Below, piece by piece: positions 20,447 to 30,266 of a stretch of DNA of 64,000 bases (its first letter is position 1; each line of letters begins with the position of its first letter). The stretch is from an uncultured Thiotrichaceae bacterium. GTDB taxonomy: Bacteria; Pseudomonadota; Gammaproteobacteria; SZUA-229. The DNA is taken from the NCBI GenBank assembly GCA_964651445.1, contig CAZYYW010000001.1, forward strand, positions 173 to 64,172, read 5' to 3'. Position numbers and translations under genes: made by a program. The notes under the pieces were generated by a model. The model made no database searches and was not told the origin of the DNA. It saw nothing but the letters and a program-made list of their open reading frames with translations.

Positions 20447-21850
20447 CTAAGAAAGGAGCCCTATAGAGGGTTTTGCATGTGCCATCCCTGGTTTATACGG
20501 CAAACTAAAAGTAAAAATCGCTCCCGCTTCACCGCTAACATTGCCGGCCGTTATCATGCCGCCGTGGTAGTGGATGATTTCCCGGCAAATTGCCAAACCT
20601 AGGCCGGTTCCACCAACGCCATTTACGGTTTTACTGGATTGTTCAAACTCATTAAAGATGCTTTCCAGTTCAGCTTCCGGTATACCGATGCCCTGATCGC
20701 GGATGATTAGCGATATCGCCGACACAGCACCCTTCATGGCATACTCCGTTTGCACATCAATTTCAGTTCTTTCAAAATTCACCTTGATGCTGGCGCCTGG
20801 CGGTGAAAACTTTATCGCATTCGACAACAAATTCTTGATGACCTGGTTTATCTTAATATTGTCAAACATTGCGAGGGTTTCTACTGTTGCCGGTACAACC
20901 TCTATTTCTAACGCTTTGCCGCTAAACAGTGGGCTTAATTCATCAATCGCTTTTGCCAATGTTGTTTGCAAGTCATTTTCTGTAACGATAAACTGCATAC
21001 GACCCGCTTCTAATTTAGAGAGATCAAGCAGGTCATCTAATAAGCCGAGTAAACGTTGTCCACTATCATTAATACGCATAAAATAATTACTGATTTTTGT
21101 ATTGATGTTAACGTCTACTTTTTCTGCGCCCAAACTGGAAAAGCCCAGTATTGCATGCATTGGTGTACGCAATTCATGCGACATTTTGGCTAAAAAATCT
21201 GATTTGGCACGGTTTGCTAATTCCGCCTTTTCACGCTGTAACAACAATTCATGTTCACGCTCATGGGAACGCACTTGCATCTTCAGCATTTCCGTCCAGT
21301 TTTGACAGTACGTTTTTGTGTTTTTCAATAAAAATAAAACCAGCAGAAATAACATGACCTCTAAAAAAACCAGATGATAACCCTGAATATACGTCTGTAG
21401 TTGCAAAGAAATCATCAGTGGCGTTATTACAATCAATATAAAAATCACCGAAAACTGCATCTGATACGATAAAGTCGTAGTAGCACCCGTCACTAATGTC
21501 GCGATGACCATGACTAATAACAACACGCTCTGACCATCAACCACCGGTATCAGAATAAGGCTTAAAGCGCCCCAGCAAGTCGCCGAAAAGAGGGTCCCAA
21601 ATAGTATAAACAGCCTCGCCCTTTTAAAATTTACCCTGCTCTCTCTTTTTGCTTTTTTATATGACAGTGCGGCAAGCAGGCGCAATAGGTCTACGCCAAG
21701 AATAGTGACAAACCAAAAATGGAATGCCATTGATTCGACTTTTGTGCTGAACATTAAATATAAAGCAATAACCGCACTAGCCATGATGGCAATCGAATAA
21801 AATCGGTTACTGTTAATAAGGTCAATTTGTGCTTCTTCAACTTCTGTCAT
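20447..21850 (-). CDS. membrane sensor histidine kinase (6-TM N-terminal sensor, HisKA, HATPase_c)
   Basis: H-box MSHELRTPMHAILGF; ATP-lid GTGLGLAI; about 200-aa polytopic N-terminal domain. Confidence 0.85.
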   Translation of the reverse strand: MTEVEEAQIDLINSNRFYSIAIMASAVIALYLMFSTKVESMAFHFWFVTILGVDLLRLLAALSYKKAKRESRVNFKRARLFILFGTLFSATCWGALSLILIPVVDGQSVLLLVMVIATLVTGATTTLSYQMQFSVIFILIVITPLMISLQLQTYIQGYHLVFLEVMLFLLVLFLLKNTKTYCQNWTEMLKMQVRSHEREHELLLQREKAELANRAKSDFLAKMSHELRTPMHAILGFSSLGAEKVDVNINTKISNYFMRINDSGQRLLGLLDDLLDLSKLEAGRMQFIVTENDLQTTLAKAIDELSPLFSGKALEIEVVPATVETLAMFDNIKINQVIKNLLSNAIKFSPPGASIKVNFERTEIDVQTEYAMKGAVSAISLIIRDQGIGIPEAELESIFNEFEQSSKTVNGVGGTGLGLAICREIIHYHGGMITAGNVSGEAGAIFTFSLPYKPGMAHAKPSIGLLS

Positions 21851-22178
21851 GGATATTATTTTTTTATTATTGTCATTACTTTACATTTTTTTACATAAAG
21901 CTTATTGCCAGTCTCTGGCGAATACTTATTATGTTAGGCAATCTTGGATTGATTCTGAATAAGCAGATTGCACGTCAGTTCCACGAATTAATCCGAGGTT
22001 CCTTAAAACACACTACAAAAACTTAACATATATTGAGAATAATATATTAAAGTTTAATGGCTTATATCCCGATATTGTTAACGATACTATAAATAACAAT
22101 ACTCTGGCTGTCATTATTAAATGATTCAAATGGACGTAACTATGAACACTAACTCAGTTTCAGAAATATTCATAAGCA

Positions 22179-25100
22179 GTGCAGGCTAACCATATGTCTG
22201 ATAAAAAACAAGCCGAGATGTCTGATAAAAAACAAGCCGAGCTAAAACGGCAGATTGCTCAACTAAAAAAAACCAATCGCACATTAAACGAGCGCATTGC
22301 TCGTACCATAAACAATGCCAATGAACCCGACAATCTACCCACAACTCTCTCTCAGACAGACGACAGTATAGGCAAAAAAACACACATAGTAACAACAAGT
22401 CGTCCCGAAATAAAAAAAGCTGCGGCTGTAAACAGTAATTTTCTGGCAACCATAAGCCACGAAATACGAACACCCATGAATGGCATTATGGGCATGCTGG
22501 AACTATTGCTTAAAACACCGGTGAATGAACGTCAACGCCATCTAGCCAGTACCGCACATAATTCTGCTGAATCCTTGTTGATGGTTATAAATGACATCCT
22601 CGATTTTTCCAGGATTGATTCTGGCAAATTACAGTTGTGCAAAGACAGCTTCAACCTGCTCCACTTGTTTAACGATGTTGTTGACCTGATTAGCGACAGT
22701 GCGCAGAAAAAAAATATCCGGTTAATTGTTCAACTCCCTGAAACAATAGAACATGATGTTATTGGCGACTCTGTTCGGCTACGTCAGGTAATGCTAAACA
22801 TACTGAACAATGCCATCAAGTTTACCGAACAGGGCGAGGTTGAACTATGCGCCACAATCGATACGCTAGACCGGTGTATGAAGGTCAACGTCGTGGTGCG
22901 CGATACGGGCATAGGCATAGAAACCGCCCGTCAACCCATTATTTTTGAACCATTCGAACAAGAAGGCAGCGCTCGTTCAACCAGAAATTTTGGTGGTACC
23001 GGTCTTGGCCTGGCGATTTCCCGCGATCTCATTGCACTTATGGGGGGTGAAATTACGCTGCAAAGTACGCTTGGTGAAGGCAGCGCCTTTCACTTTTCTA
23101 TCGAGCTAGGCATTGCAAGCCATACCACGAATGAAAAGGAAGTCAATAATGCTCGTATTTTACTGGCAGAAGACAACCATCTTAACCAGGAGGTCATGCG
23201 TGAGCAGTTAGATGTTTTAGGTTTCAACATTGAAGTCGTTGAAAACGGTCTACAGGCTCTTGATGCGATCAAACAAAATACCTATTCGCTGGTTTTTATG
23301 GACACTCATATGCCGTGCATGGACGGTTTTGCAGCCACCGAGGCCATTCGAACTTTTGAGCAGGAACAACGCCGCCCGCCTGTGCCTATTATCGCTCTAA
23401 CCACTGACACTTCTGCAAACATAGAAGCGCATTGTCAAAGAGTCGGCATGAATGCATCGATGGCAAAACCGTTTTCCATTGACGACATCGAAAATGTTTT
23501 AAGTGCATGGTTATGTAGCACAACGCAAACAAAACCTGCGATAAAAGATAAGGGAGAGCCTTCCATTGTAGACAGCGCAGAAGTGTTAAATATGGCGACC
23601 ATTGAACAGCTACGAAAACTGGGTAATAACAGTGGCAAGGATACTCTGGGCAATGTTATTAAACGCTTTCAGGAATCTTCTCTAGCTCAGCTACAAAGCA
23701 TGCAGCTTGCCGTAAAAAATAAAGATTACAGTGATTTTTCAGCCATCGCGCATGCTTTGAAATCTTCCAGCGCAACCCTTGGTGCCAGTCTGGTTTACAA
23801 CACCAGCGCCGAATTAGAACAACTCGCCAATGCCAATAAAACTGACGCCATCGCACAACACGTCATTCGACTGGAAAGACAATTACAGCTTTCTTTACAG
23901 ACCTTATATGATTTAAAAACAGCGCCCTACCCTGTCGGTACACCCACCGTTGGCAGCGGTCAGTATCTACTGCTGGTCGATGATGATATGGCTACACTGG
24001 AAATCATTCAAACGGCAATGCAACAATTCGGCTACAGAATAGACAGTGCCAGCAGCGGCCAGCAGGCACTGCAACTGATGCTCAATAATACGTATGATCT
24101 GGTCATTACCGATTTGCAAATGCCTGGCATGGACGGCTACGCACTATGCAGTGCTATTCGTGTGAACTACAGCCCAGAAACGCTGCCTATTTTGATTCTC
24201 ACCAGCACCGCTGATGATGTACAGGTACAACATGCTTACGAAACCGGCATTAGCAACTTTATTGTTAAACCGGTTAACTTGCTCAATCTTGCTTATACCG
24301 TGCTCTTTACTCTGCAAAATACGCGCAATGCTAAGGCGCTGTGGCATAACCAGCAATTACTGGAAGCGGCTGAGCATACCGCCCAAGTCAGCCACTGGTC
24401 ATGGGAAATAAACAAACAACAAATACAGTTCTCTCGCCATTTGCAACGCTACTTCAGTCAGCCTCTTGACGGCGTAACAAGTCTCGATGAATTAATTGCC
24501 GCCATTGGCAATAAAAGCATGCACAGCGCAGTAAAATCCTGCCTCAGCAATGGTCGTGAATCCAGTTGGGAGCAAGAAATTCATCAAACAGAAGCGACGC
24601 CTGCTCGCTATCTTCTACACCGCATTCGCATGGTTAACAGCAAGGATGAAAAACCCATGCTAATAGGCACGGTTCAGGAAATATCTTCCATTCGCCGCGC
24701 TGAACAACGCATTATGGAATTGGCCTATTATGATTCCCTTACTAAACTAAGCAGCCGTTCTAATTTTAACAATCAGCTAAAAAACTTAATTATCAGCTCA
24801 CGTCGGCGCTCTGAAAAATTTGCCTTGTTATACCTTGATTTGGATGAATTTAAAAACATCAACGACAGCTTTGGCCATGATGTAGGAGACCAACTGCTGA
24901 TAGAAGTTGCCAATCGTTTGCGCGAGCTACTTCGTGAATCCGACTTTGCCAGCCGTTTGGGTGGTGATGAGTTCTGCCTGTTAATAAACGATATTGAAGA
25001 CAATCTTTTTGCCGCCAACATTGCTCAACGGTGCCTAGAGTTACTGGCACTACCCTTCACTCTAGCCGGTACAACACTCACGCCTCATGCCAGCATCGGC

Positions 25101-26030
25101 ATCGCCATTTATCCTCATGATGGCAACAATAGCGGCACTTTGATCAAAGCCGCCGATACCGCCATGTACGAAGCCAAGAAAGCTGGCAAGCGACAATATG
25201 CATTTTACGAACCGGCGATGACAGATGCAGCGCAACACCGTTTAACCATTGAAAGCGATTTACGCAGCGCCCTCAAAGAACAACAGTTTGAACTATATTA
25301 CCAACCAAAAATTTCTCTTAGAAACGGAAAAATTCAAAGTGTCGAAGCCCTGATCCGTTGGAATCACCCTCACGGAAAACAACTAACACCGGATAAATTT
25401 ATTGCCGATGCAGAGCGCATAGGCCTAATCAAAGAACTCGGCGAGTGGGTGGTGCTGCAAGCCTGTAAGCAAATTAAAAAATGGCAGAATCAAGGTGTCA
25501 GCAAGCTGGCTGTTGCCGTCAATATTTCGCCTCAACATTTTGCTGAGACCAACTTTGCGCAAAATATTGCCAATATCGTGAACGCCAACGGCGTTTCATC
25601 TTCACTGATTGAAATAGAAATTACTGAAAGTACATCGCGTGACCAACAGGTATTTTTAAACACCTGCCGTCAATTACGTGAATTAGGTTTCACAACGGCG
25701 ATCGATGATTTTGGCACCGGCTACTCATCACTGTCAGTACTCAAAGGCGCATCTGTAGACGTATTAAAGATTGACCGTGAATTTATTCGCCACTTACCGA
25801 ATGATACACAATCATCAGTACTCGTTGGCACCATGCTAGGCATGAGCAAGGCACTGGGTTTGCAAGTAGTCGCCGAAGGCGTTGAAACCGAAGCCCAGCT
25901 AAAGGTACTTATCGCTATGGGCTGTCACATGGCACAGGGCTATTATTTCAGCAAACCGGTACCCGCTGCAGATATTCCAGCATTGACCAAATGCTGTTTT
26001 CGTCGACCCAATGCCGAACAGGTTGCATAA
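22179..26030 (+). CDS. multidomain signalling protein: HisKA-HATPase, REC, Hpt, REC, PAS, GGDEF, EAL. GTG start at 22179; ATG starts at 22194 and 22218
   Basis: H-box SHEIRTPMNG; two receiver domains (DTHMPCMDG, TDLQMPGMDG); Hpt HALKSSSATLGA; GGDEF with I-site RESD; EAL motifs EALIRW and DDFGTGYSSL. Confidence 0.9.
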   Translation: MQANHMSDKKQAEMSDKKQAELKRQIAQLKKTNRTLNERIARTINNANEPDNLPTTLSQTDDSIGKKTHIVTTSRPEIKKAAAVNSNFLATISHEIRTPMNGIMGMLELLLKTPVNERQRHLASTAHNSAESLLMVINDILDFSRIDSGKLQLCKDSFNLLHLFNDVVDLISDSAQKKNIRLIVQLPETIEHDVIGDSVRLRQVMLNILNNAIKFTEQGEVELCATIDTLDRCMKVNVVVRDTGIGIETARQPIIFEPFEQEGSARSTRNFGGTGLGLAISRDLIALMGGEITLQSTLGEGSAFHFSIELGIASHTTNEKEVNNARILLAEDNHLNQEVMREQLDVLGFNIEVVENGLQALDAIKQNTYSLVFMDTHMPCMDGFAATEAIRTFEQEQRRPPVPIIALTTDTSANIEAHCQRVGMNASMAKPFSIDDIENVLSAWLCSTTQTKPAIKDKGEPSIVDSAEVLNMATIEQLRKLGNNSGKDTLGNVIKRFQESSLAQLQSMQLAVKNKDYSDFSAIAHALKSSSATLGASLVYNTSAELEQLANANKTDAIAQHVIRLERQLQLSLQTLYDLKTAPYPVGTPTVGSGQYLLLVDDDMATLEIIQTAMQQFGYRIDSASSGQQALQLMLNNTYDLVITDLQMPGMDGYALCSAIRVNYSPETLPILILTSTADDVQVQHAYETGISNFIVKPVNLLNLAYTVLFTLQNTRNAKALWHNQQLLEAAEHTAQVSHWSWEINKQQIQFSRHLQRYFSQPLDGVTSLDELIAAIGNKSMHSAVKSCLSNGRESSWEQEIHQTEATPARYLLHRIRMVNSKDEKPMLIGTVQEISSIRRAEQRIMELAYYDSLTKLSSRSNFNNQLKNLIISSRRRSEKFALLYLDLDEFKNINDSFGHDVGDQLLIEVANRLRELLRESDFASRLGGDEFCLLINDIEDNLFAANIAQRCLELLALPFTLAGTTLTPHASIGIAIYPHDGNNSGTLIKAADTAMYEAKKAGKRQYAFYEPAMTDAAQHRLTIESDLRSALKEQQFELYYQPKISLRNGKIQSVEALIRWNHPHGKQLTPDKFIADAERIGLIKELGEWVVLQACKQIKKWQNQGVSKLAVAVNISPQHFAETNFAQNIANIVNANGVSSSLIEIEITESTSRDQQVFLNTCRQLRELGFTTAIDDFGTGYSSLSVLKGASVDVLKIDREFIRHLPNDTQSSVLVGTMLGMSKALGLQVVAEGVETEAQLKVLIAMGCHMAQGYYFSKPVPAADIPALTKCCFRRPNAEQVA
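22194..22241 (+). repeat. perfect 24-bp tandem duplication (ATGTCTGATAAAAAACAAGCCGAG x2) that includes the start codon
   Basis: Read directly; encodes MSDKKQAE-MSDKKQAE. Confidence 0.9.
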
Positions 26031-26033
26031 CCC

Positions 26034-26852
26034 ATGACGGTACACCATATTATCAAGCAGGAAATAGCACGTCAGCCTGACCTTCCGGTTTTACCCCCCG
26101 GCATATCTTCATTATTAAAAATGCTAAACGACGATGATATTGGCTACAGCGAGCTTGCCGACAAACTTGAAAATTTTCCATCCATTGCAATAAAAATAGT
26201 CTCAACGGCCAATTCTGCCTGGGCATCACCGGGTACGCCTATTACCACATTACGCAGTTGCTGCGCGCGCATTGGTGTCCCCGTGGTTCGCAGCATCGCC
26301 ATTGCAATCGCGGTGGCGCAAATATTTGACCCCAGTCGCTGCCCGGCATTTGATGCCAAAAAATATTGGTTAAGCGCCCTGTTAACTGCTGAAGCTGCAC
26401 AGCTATGTGCAAAAGACAATAATGACGTCTGTTCCGACACCGCCCGATTAGCCGGGCTGCTGCATAACATTGGTTTGTTATGGCTGGCCACACAAAAACC
26501 CAAAGCAACAAGCAAAGCCATCAACTTTAAAAAAAGCAATGAAGCACTTTCGCTCGCTCACTGTATGGCACAGTATGTAGAAGTGGATTATTTTACTGCC
26601 GGTGGTTATCTAGCCTCCTTTCTCGAACTGCCAGAACAATTGTCCGAGCTTATCGCCTGCCCCGCTTTAAATATAGTGCAGGATGACATCGCTATGCAGA
26701 ATCATCACCGTGCCTTACAGCTCGCCAGCAGCGCACTAACGGCTAACAATACTGCTGAGCATGACGAAATAATAGAGGATCCCTGCTTTGATCCTCTAAT
26801 GCATAAATTACCCGGTATCGAAACCATGGCGCGCAGCCTATTTTTTTCTTAA
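26034..26852 (+). CDS. HDOD-domain protein; start is 4 nt after the upstream stop, so translationally coupled to the HK-GGDEF-EAL gene
   Basis: HDOD signature LPVLPPGISSLLKMLNDDD...; HD-like HNIGLL. Confidence 0.8.
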   Translation: MTVHHIIKQEIARQPDLPVLPPGISSLLKMLNDDDIGYSELADKLENFPSIAIKIVSTANSAWASPGTPITTLRSCCARIGVPVVRSIAIAIAVAQIFDPSRCPAFDAKKYWLSALLTAEAAQLCAKDNNDVCSDTARLAGLLHNIGLLWLATQKPKATSKAINFKKSNEALSLAHCMAQYVEVDYFTAGGYLASFLELPEQLSELIACPALNIVQDDIAMQNHHRALQLASSALTANNTAEHDEIIEDPCFDPLMHKLPGIETMARSLFFS

Positions 26853-26888
26853 CAGCAACTCAGCTCTGCATAAGCCCATTGCTTATAT

Positions 26889-26913
26889 GAGACCTTTTCA
26901 CGATACAGGTCTC
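26889..26913. terminator. hairpin (GAGACCT-N11-AGGTCTC) between two convergent genes
   Basis: 7-bp inverted repeat read directly. Confidence 0.35.
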
Positions 26914-27722
26914 TATATATCCGGAAGTGCCATCTTATCCAAAACACCCTGCAGAATATCCAGATTGCGATGATAATTGATAATCAGCACACCTTGATCT
27001 TCATTGATATCAACATGTGCGCCAAAGTGTTCGGTTAACCGGGTTTCAAGTGCCAACACATCAGCTGATTTTTTAACGGATGCAGACGGTTGTAACACCG
27101 GCTTATGTGCACGCATAGTTCTTGCCACAGCTTCCGTTTGTTGAACCGTTAGATGCTCATCTTTGATTTGTTGTAATAAAAGTTGTTGTTGTTCCAATGG
27201 CAATCCAGCCATAATTTTTGCATGGCCAAAACCAATCATCGAACATTGTTTAATGTTGTCTAATAAGTGCTTTTCTATATTTAAAATTCGCATCAAATTA
27301 CACACTTCAGAACGGCTTTTCCCAATCAACGCGCCAGCCATTGTGAGGCTAATATTTTGTCTTTTAATACGCTGTTTTAATGCCAGCGCGCGGTCAATAA
27401 AATGCTCCTCAGTATTTATTAGATGTCCGTAATAGCCGTCAATTTCAGCAGAACTTAAATAATCCATATGTTTGACTGACACGGTTTGTTGTTGCAGCAT
27501 CTGAGCTAGTAGCCAGATTTTTGGTGAGCCAAGAATTTCAAAACGTGCCGGAGAATGCGCTAAAGCACGGACATGAACGTCCTCATGCAAACCGTATAAA
27601 CGCGCCCGCTCAAGTTCCTCCACGCTGATTTCTGCTTGCGTTAAACGCTGGGTCCACAATCCCGTTTGAAGTAAGTCGACATCAATTGGCATAACCGTGA
27701 GTATAGCGCAGATTGTTTTCAT
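26913..27722 (-). CDS. ParB-like protein with a degenerate N-terminal CTP/arginine motif (GSPKIWL instead of GERRWRA); canonical ParB HTH and C-terminal dimerisation region
   Basis: HTH GKSRSEVCNLMRILNIEKHLLDNIKQ...GHAKIMAGL matches the ParB HTH; C-terminus VLALETRLTEHFGAHVDINEDQGVLIINY is ParB-like. Confidence 0.6.
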   Translation of the reverse strand: MKTICAILTVMPIDVDLLQTGLWTQRLTQAEISVEELERARLYGLHEDVHVRALAHSPARFEILGSPKIWLLAQMLQQQTVSVKHMDYLSSAEIDGYYGHLINTEEHFIDRALALKQRIKRQNISLTMAGALIGKSRSEVCNLMRILNIEKHLLDNIKQCSMIGFGHAKIMAGLPLEQQQLLLQQIKDEHLTVQQTEAVARTMRAHKPVLQPSASVKKSADVLALETRLTEHFGAHVDINEDQGVLIINYHRNLDILQGVLDKMALPDI

Positions 27723-27890
27723 ATGAAAACAAATGGTATGAAAACTCTATCAAACGGCTGTTGTCACGTCTCATATAAAGCGTGCGAGGCTTCTTCACTG
27801 CCCTGTGTTTCTTCTATTAGAAACAACTGACCGGCGAAAAATACTCAACGAATCCCGCATAAACTTATATATATCAATTAGATACAAAAC

Positions 27891-27907
27891 AATTCAACCG
27901 TTGAATT
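27891..27907. repeat. 17-bp palindrome AATTCAAC-c-GTTGAATT just downstream of parB; candidate partition or operator site
   Basis: Perfect 8-bp arms read directly. Confidence 0.3.
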
Positions 27908-27911
27908 ATTT

Positions 27912-28871
27912 CTATTTAGCAAGAAAACGAGTTAACGCCTTAATTACTGCAGTTTTGTCCGCCACTGCTGCCTTGCTCACCTTAATAGAAATTGCTCCGC
28001 TAGCCGATTGCTTTATCAACACCCCTTTAACATCACCCGCAACCGTGTACGTTTTTTCTACAGGCCGGCTCGAACCACTTTGCACGGCACTCTTACCGAC
28101 AAAAACCAATGTTTTCATTACACTCAATGTGCTGTCTGTCTGCCCTTTAAACTCACGCGCCTTTTCCAAAATCAATTTTTTTGACTTCGCTGATTTGTTC
28201 ATCAAGGAACGCAACATGATCGCCTGTTTAACACTGATCTCAAATTTGTTTGGCAATACAGACGCAATCTCCGGCGCCATGTCTGCTATCGCCATCCAGT
28301 TGGACAATGTGCCCTCACCAATGTCATTTTCAAGACAATAATTTTTCTGGTTTCCAGCATAAATTTCAGAGATAACTTTTTTTGCATTCATCGCTTTTTC
28401 ATACGCCGTTGTATCGTCACGTTCCTGATTTTCACTGCGCATGATTTTATAGGCTTGTTTGTCATCGACGTCTATTAGCGCAATATGAATTTTCTTTGCG
28501 GGAAGATGAGAACAAGCCCAGAAACGTCGAGTGCCAATAATAATCTGATAGGCTTTTTTACCCGCGGGGTCACGCCGTGCAATGACAGCCTGTAATTGCG
28601 TATTTTTTTGTATATCATCAACAAGTGATTTACAATTTTCCATACTGAGACCGTCATAAATACGGTCATTATATTTCCACAAACAGCAATCATCGGTCGA
28701 AACCGTTAGTTCTCGCAGCCCTGCCTCTGCCGCTTCATCCAGTACTGGATTCGGGTTCTGTGAGAGAAACGCCCTACCACGGCTGTGCAAACCTGTTTTA
28801 TGACGCGGTTTGACATCGATGTTTTCCAGGTCAGCGCCTTCTGCAATATCGTTTATTCTTGTTCTAGCCAT
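27912..28871 (-). CDS. parB: ParB/Spo0J family partition protein (plasmid type)
   Basis: N-terminal ParB box IIGTRRFWAC (GxRR motif); follows parA. Confidence 0.8.
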   Translation of the reverse strand: MARTRINDIAEGADLENIDVKPRHKTGLHSRGRAFLSQNPNPVLDEAAEAGLRELTVSTDDCCLWKYNDRIYDGLSMENCKSLVDDIQKNTQLQAVIARRDPAGKKAYQIIIGTRRFWACSHLPAKKIHIALIDVDDKQAYKIMRSENQERDDTTAYEKAMNAKKVISEIYAGNQKNYCLENDIGEGTLSNWMAIADMAPEIASVLPNKFEISVKQAIMLRSLMNKSAKSKKLILEKAREFKGQTDSTLSVMKTLVFVGKSAVQSGSSRPVEKTYTVAGDVKGVLIKQSASGAISIKVSKAAVADKTAVIKALTRFLAK

Positions 28872-28890
28872 TGCTTTATCTCCGGTTTAT

Positions 28891-30072
28891 TTATGCTGTT
28901 TTTATTTTGTTTCTTATGCTCGGCCAGTTTTTCAGCAATTCATGCAACACTTCTTCGCACATCGCATCTACTGAAGCCATGGCGGATCTGAAGCTTTTAT
29001 AACTGGTTGTCTGACCATGAACTTCGAACAGCGTTTTAAATTCACTGGCAGCATTATCGATAGCGGTTGATTCATAGATAATACTCTCCAGCATGTATTC
29101 GTTACCAAAAATGCGACGGGCAAGTGCTAAAATATCATCTTCTGCGCGCGCATATTTCTCGTTGGTGTTGCGTTGTTTTTTCTTGGAAGTCACCAATTTA
29201 ACGAAATCATATTCAATTTGCGTATCATAATGGCCTTGAATTTCATCCAAAGTTTCATGCAACATATTAAAAAACTGTAACGAAGAGGTGAAATCCAACA
29301 TTCTTGGTGGCATCGGCACTAACAAGCTGGTGGCTGCAACCAGAGCATTAATACTGAGCATGCCCAGTGCCGGTGGTGGGTCAATAATAATGACTTCAAA
29401 ATCTTTTTTAATGCTTTCAATGCCTTCTGGCAAATACGAGTAAATCGGTCGTTGCGCATGGTTTGCTGCCACCATGTATTCCGCATTGTAAAGTTGCAAA
29501 TTAGCTGGAATTAAACTCAGATTTTCGATCATGGTGTCGCGTATAGCATAATGCATAGTCCGTTGCTCACCTTCAAAAAAGGGCAGCAAAGTATCATTGG
29601 CATCAATATCCATATCCGGGGTATAGCCAAATAAGGTCGTCGCTGAAGCCTGACTATCAAGATCAATTAGCAGTACACGAAAACCTCGAATCGCCAACCA
29701 CTGCGAAAGATGAACCGCAATGCTGGTTTTACCCACGCCACCCTTAAAATTTTGCACCGCAAGCACTGCAGGGTCTTCACCCGCTTCTAGCCTCGGCATG
29801 GTATTAAAATGACGACGCGCCCGGTTGATTTCTGATAATGAAAAACCACGCGCGTTGGAGGCGTCGCTACGGGTTGCTTCAATGGCACCCTGCTTCTCAG
29901 CATCTCGAATAGTGGTAGGATGTCGTCCAATAAGCCCCGACGCCTCACCTATTTTAAAAGATTTATTAAAACGTTTTTGACCATCCGGACTAAAAATATG
30001 CGTTTTAATATGTTTAATAATTTTGTCAGAACGCTGAACCAAATCAGCTAGCTCGTTTATGGAAACAGTCAT
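28891..30072 (-). CDS. parA: type Ia ParA/SopA-like partition ATPase with an N-terminal HTH extension
   Basis: Deviant Walker A NFKGGVGKTS; about 100-aa N-terminal extension with an HTH, as in P1 ParA / F SopA; 393 aa. Confidence 0.9.
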   Translation of the reverse strand: MTVSINELADLVQRSDKIIKHIKTHIFSPDGQKRFNKSFKIGEASGLIGRHPTTIRDAEKQGAIEATRSDASNARGFSLSEINRARRHFNTMPRLEAGEDPAVLAVQNFKGGVGKTSIAVHLSQWLAIRGFRVLLIDLDSQASATTLFGYTPDMDIDANDTLLPFFEGEQRTMHYAIRDTMIENLSLIPANLQLYNAEYMVAANHAQRPIYSYLPEGIESIKKDFEVIIIDPPPALGMLSINALVAATSLLVPMPPRMLDFTSSLQFFNMLHETLDEIQGHYDTQIEYDFVKLVTSKKKQRNTNEKYARAEDDILALARRIFGNEYMLESIIYESTAIDNAASEFKTLFEVHGQTTSYKSFRSAMASVDAMCEEVLHELLKNWPSIRNKIKTA

Positions 30073-30123
30073 GACCCCTCACTTTTACGATTTGAAAATG
30101 GTATTTTGTATCGTTATACCTGT

Positions 30124-30139
30124 AGATAACAAGTTATCT
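30124..30139. promoter_or_regulatory. perfect palindrome AGATAAC-AA-GTTATCT in the divergent parA/rep intergenic region; candidate ParA or Rep autoregulatory operator
   Basis: Read directly; type Ia ParA proteins autoregulate via their N-terminal HTH. Confidence 0.4.
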
Positions 30140-30266
30140 TTTGATTTTTATTATACATACTACTAAGATAATTCAAATACATTATTCGTTTTTCTTGACA
30201 ATATATGGCATTATTCGGTATAAATAGCGGATATAGAGCTGTTTTTCAGGATTAAAATAATAATAA

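Noticed and set aside
22179-22196. GTG at 22179 as the true start of the large signalling gene
   Set aside because: Not rejected outright. ATG at 22194 or its duplicate at 22218 is equally plausible, and the five residues upstream add nothing conserved.
27805-28341. 178-aa plus-strand ORF overlapping parB
   Set aside because: It is fully antisense to a ParB with a conserved ParB box, so it is a shadow ORF.
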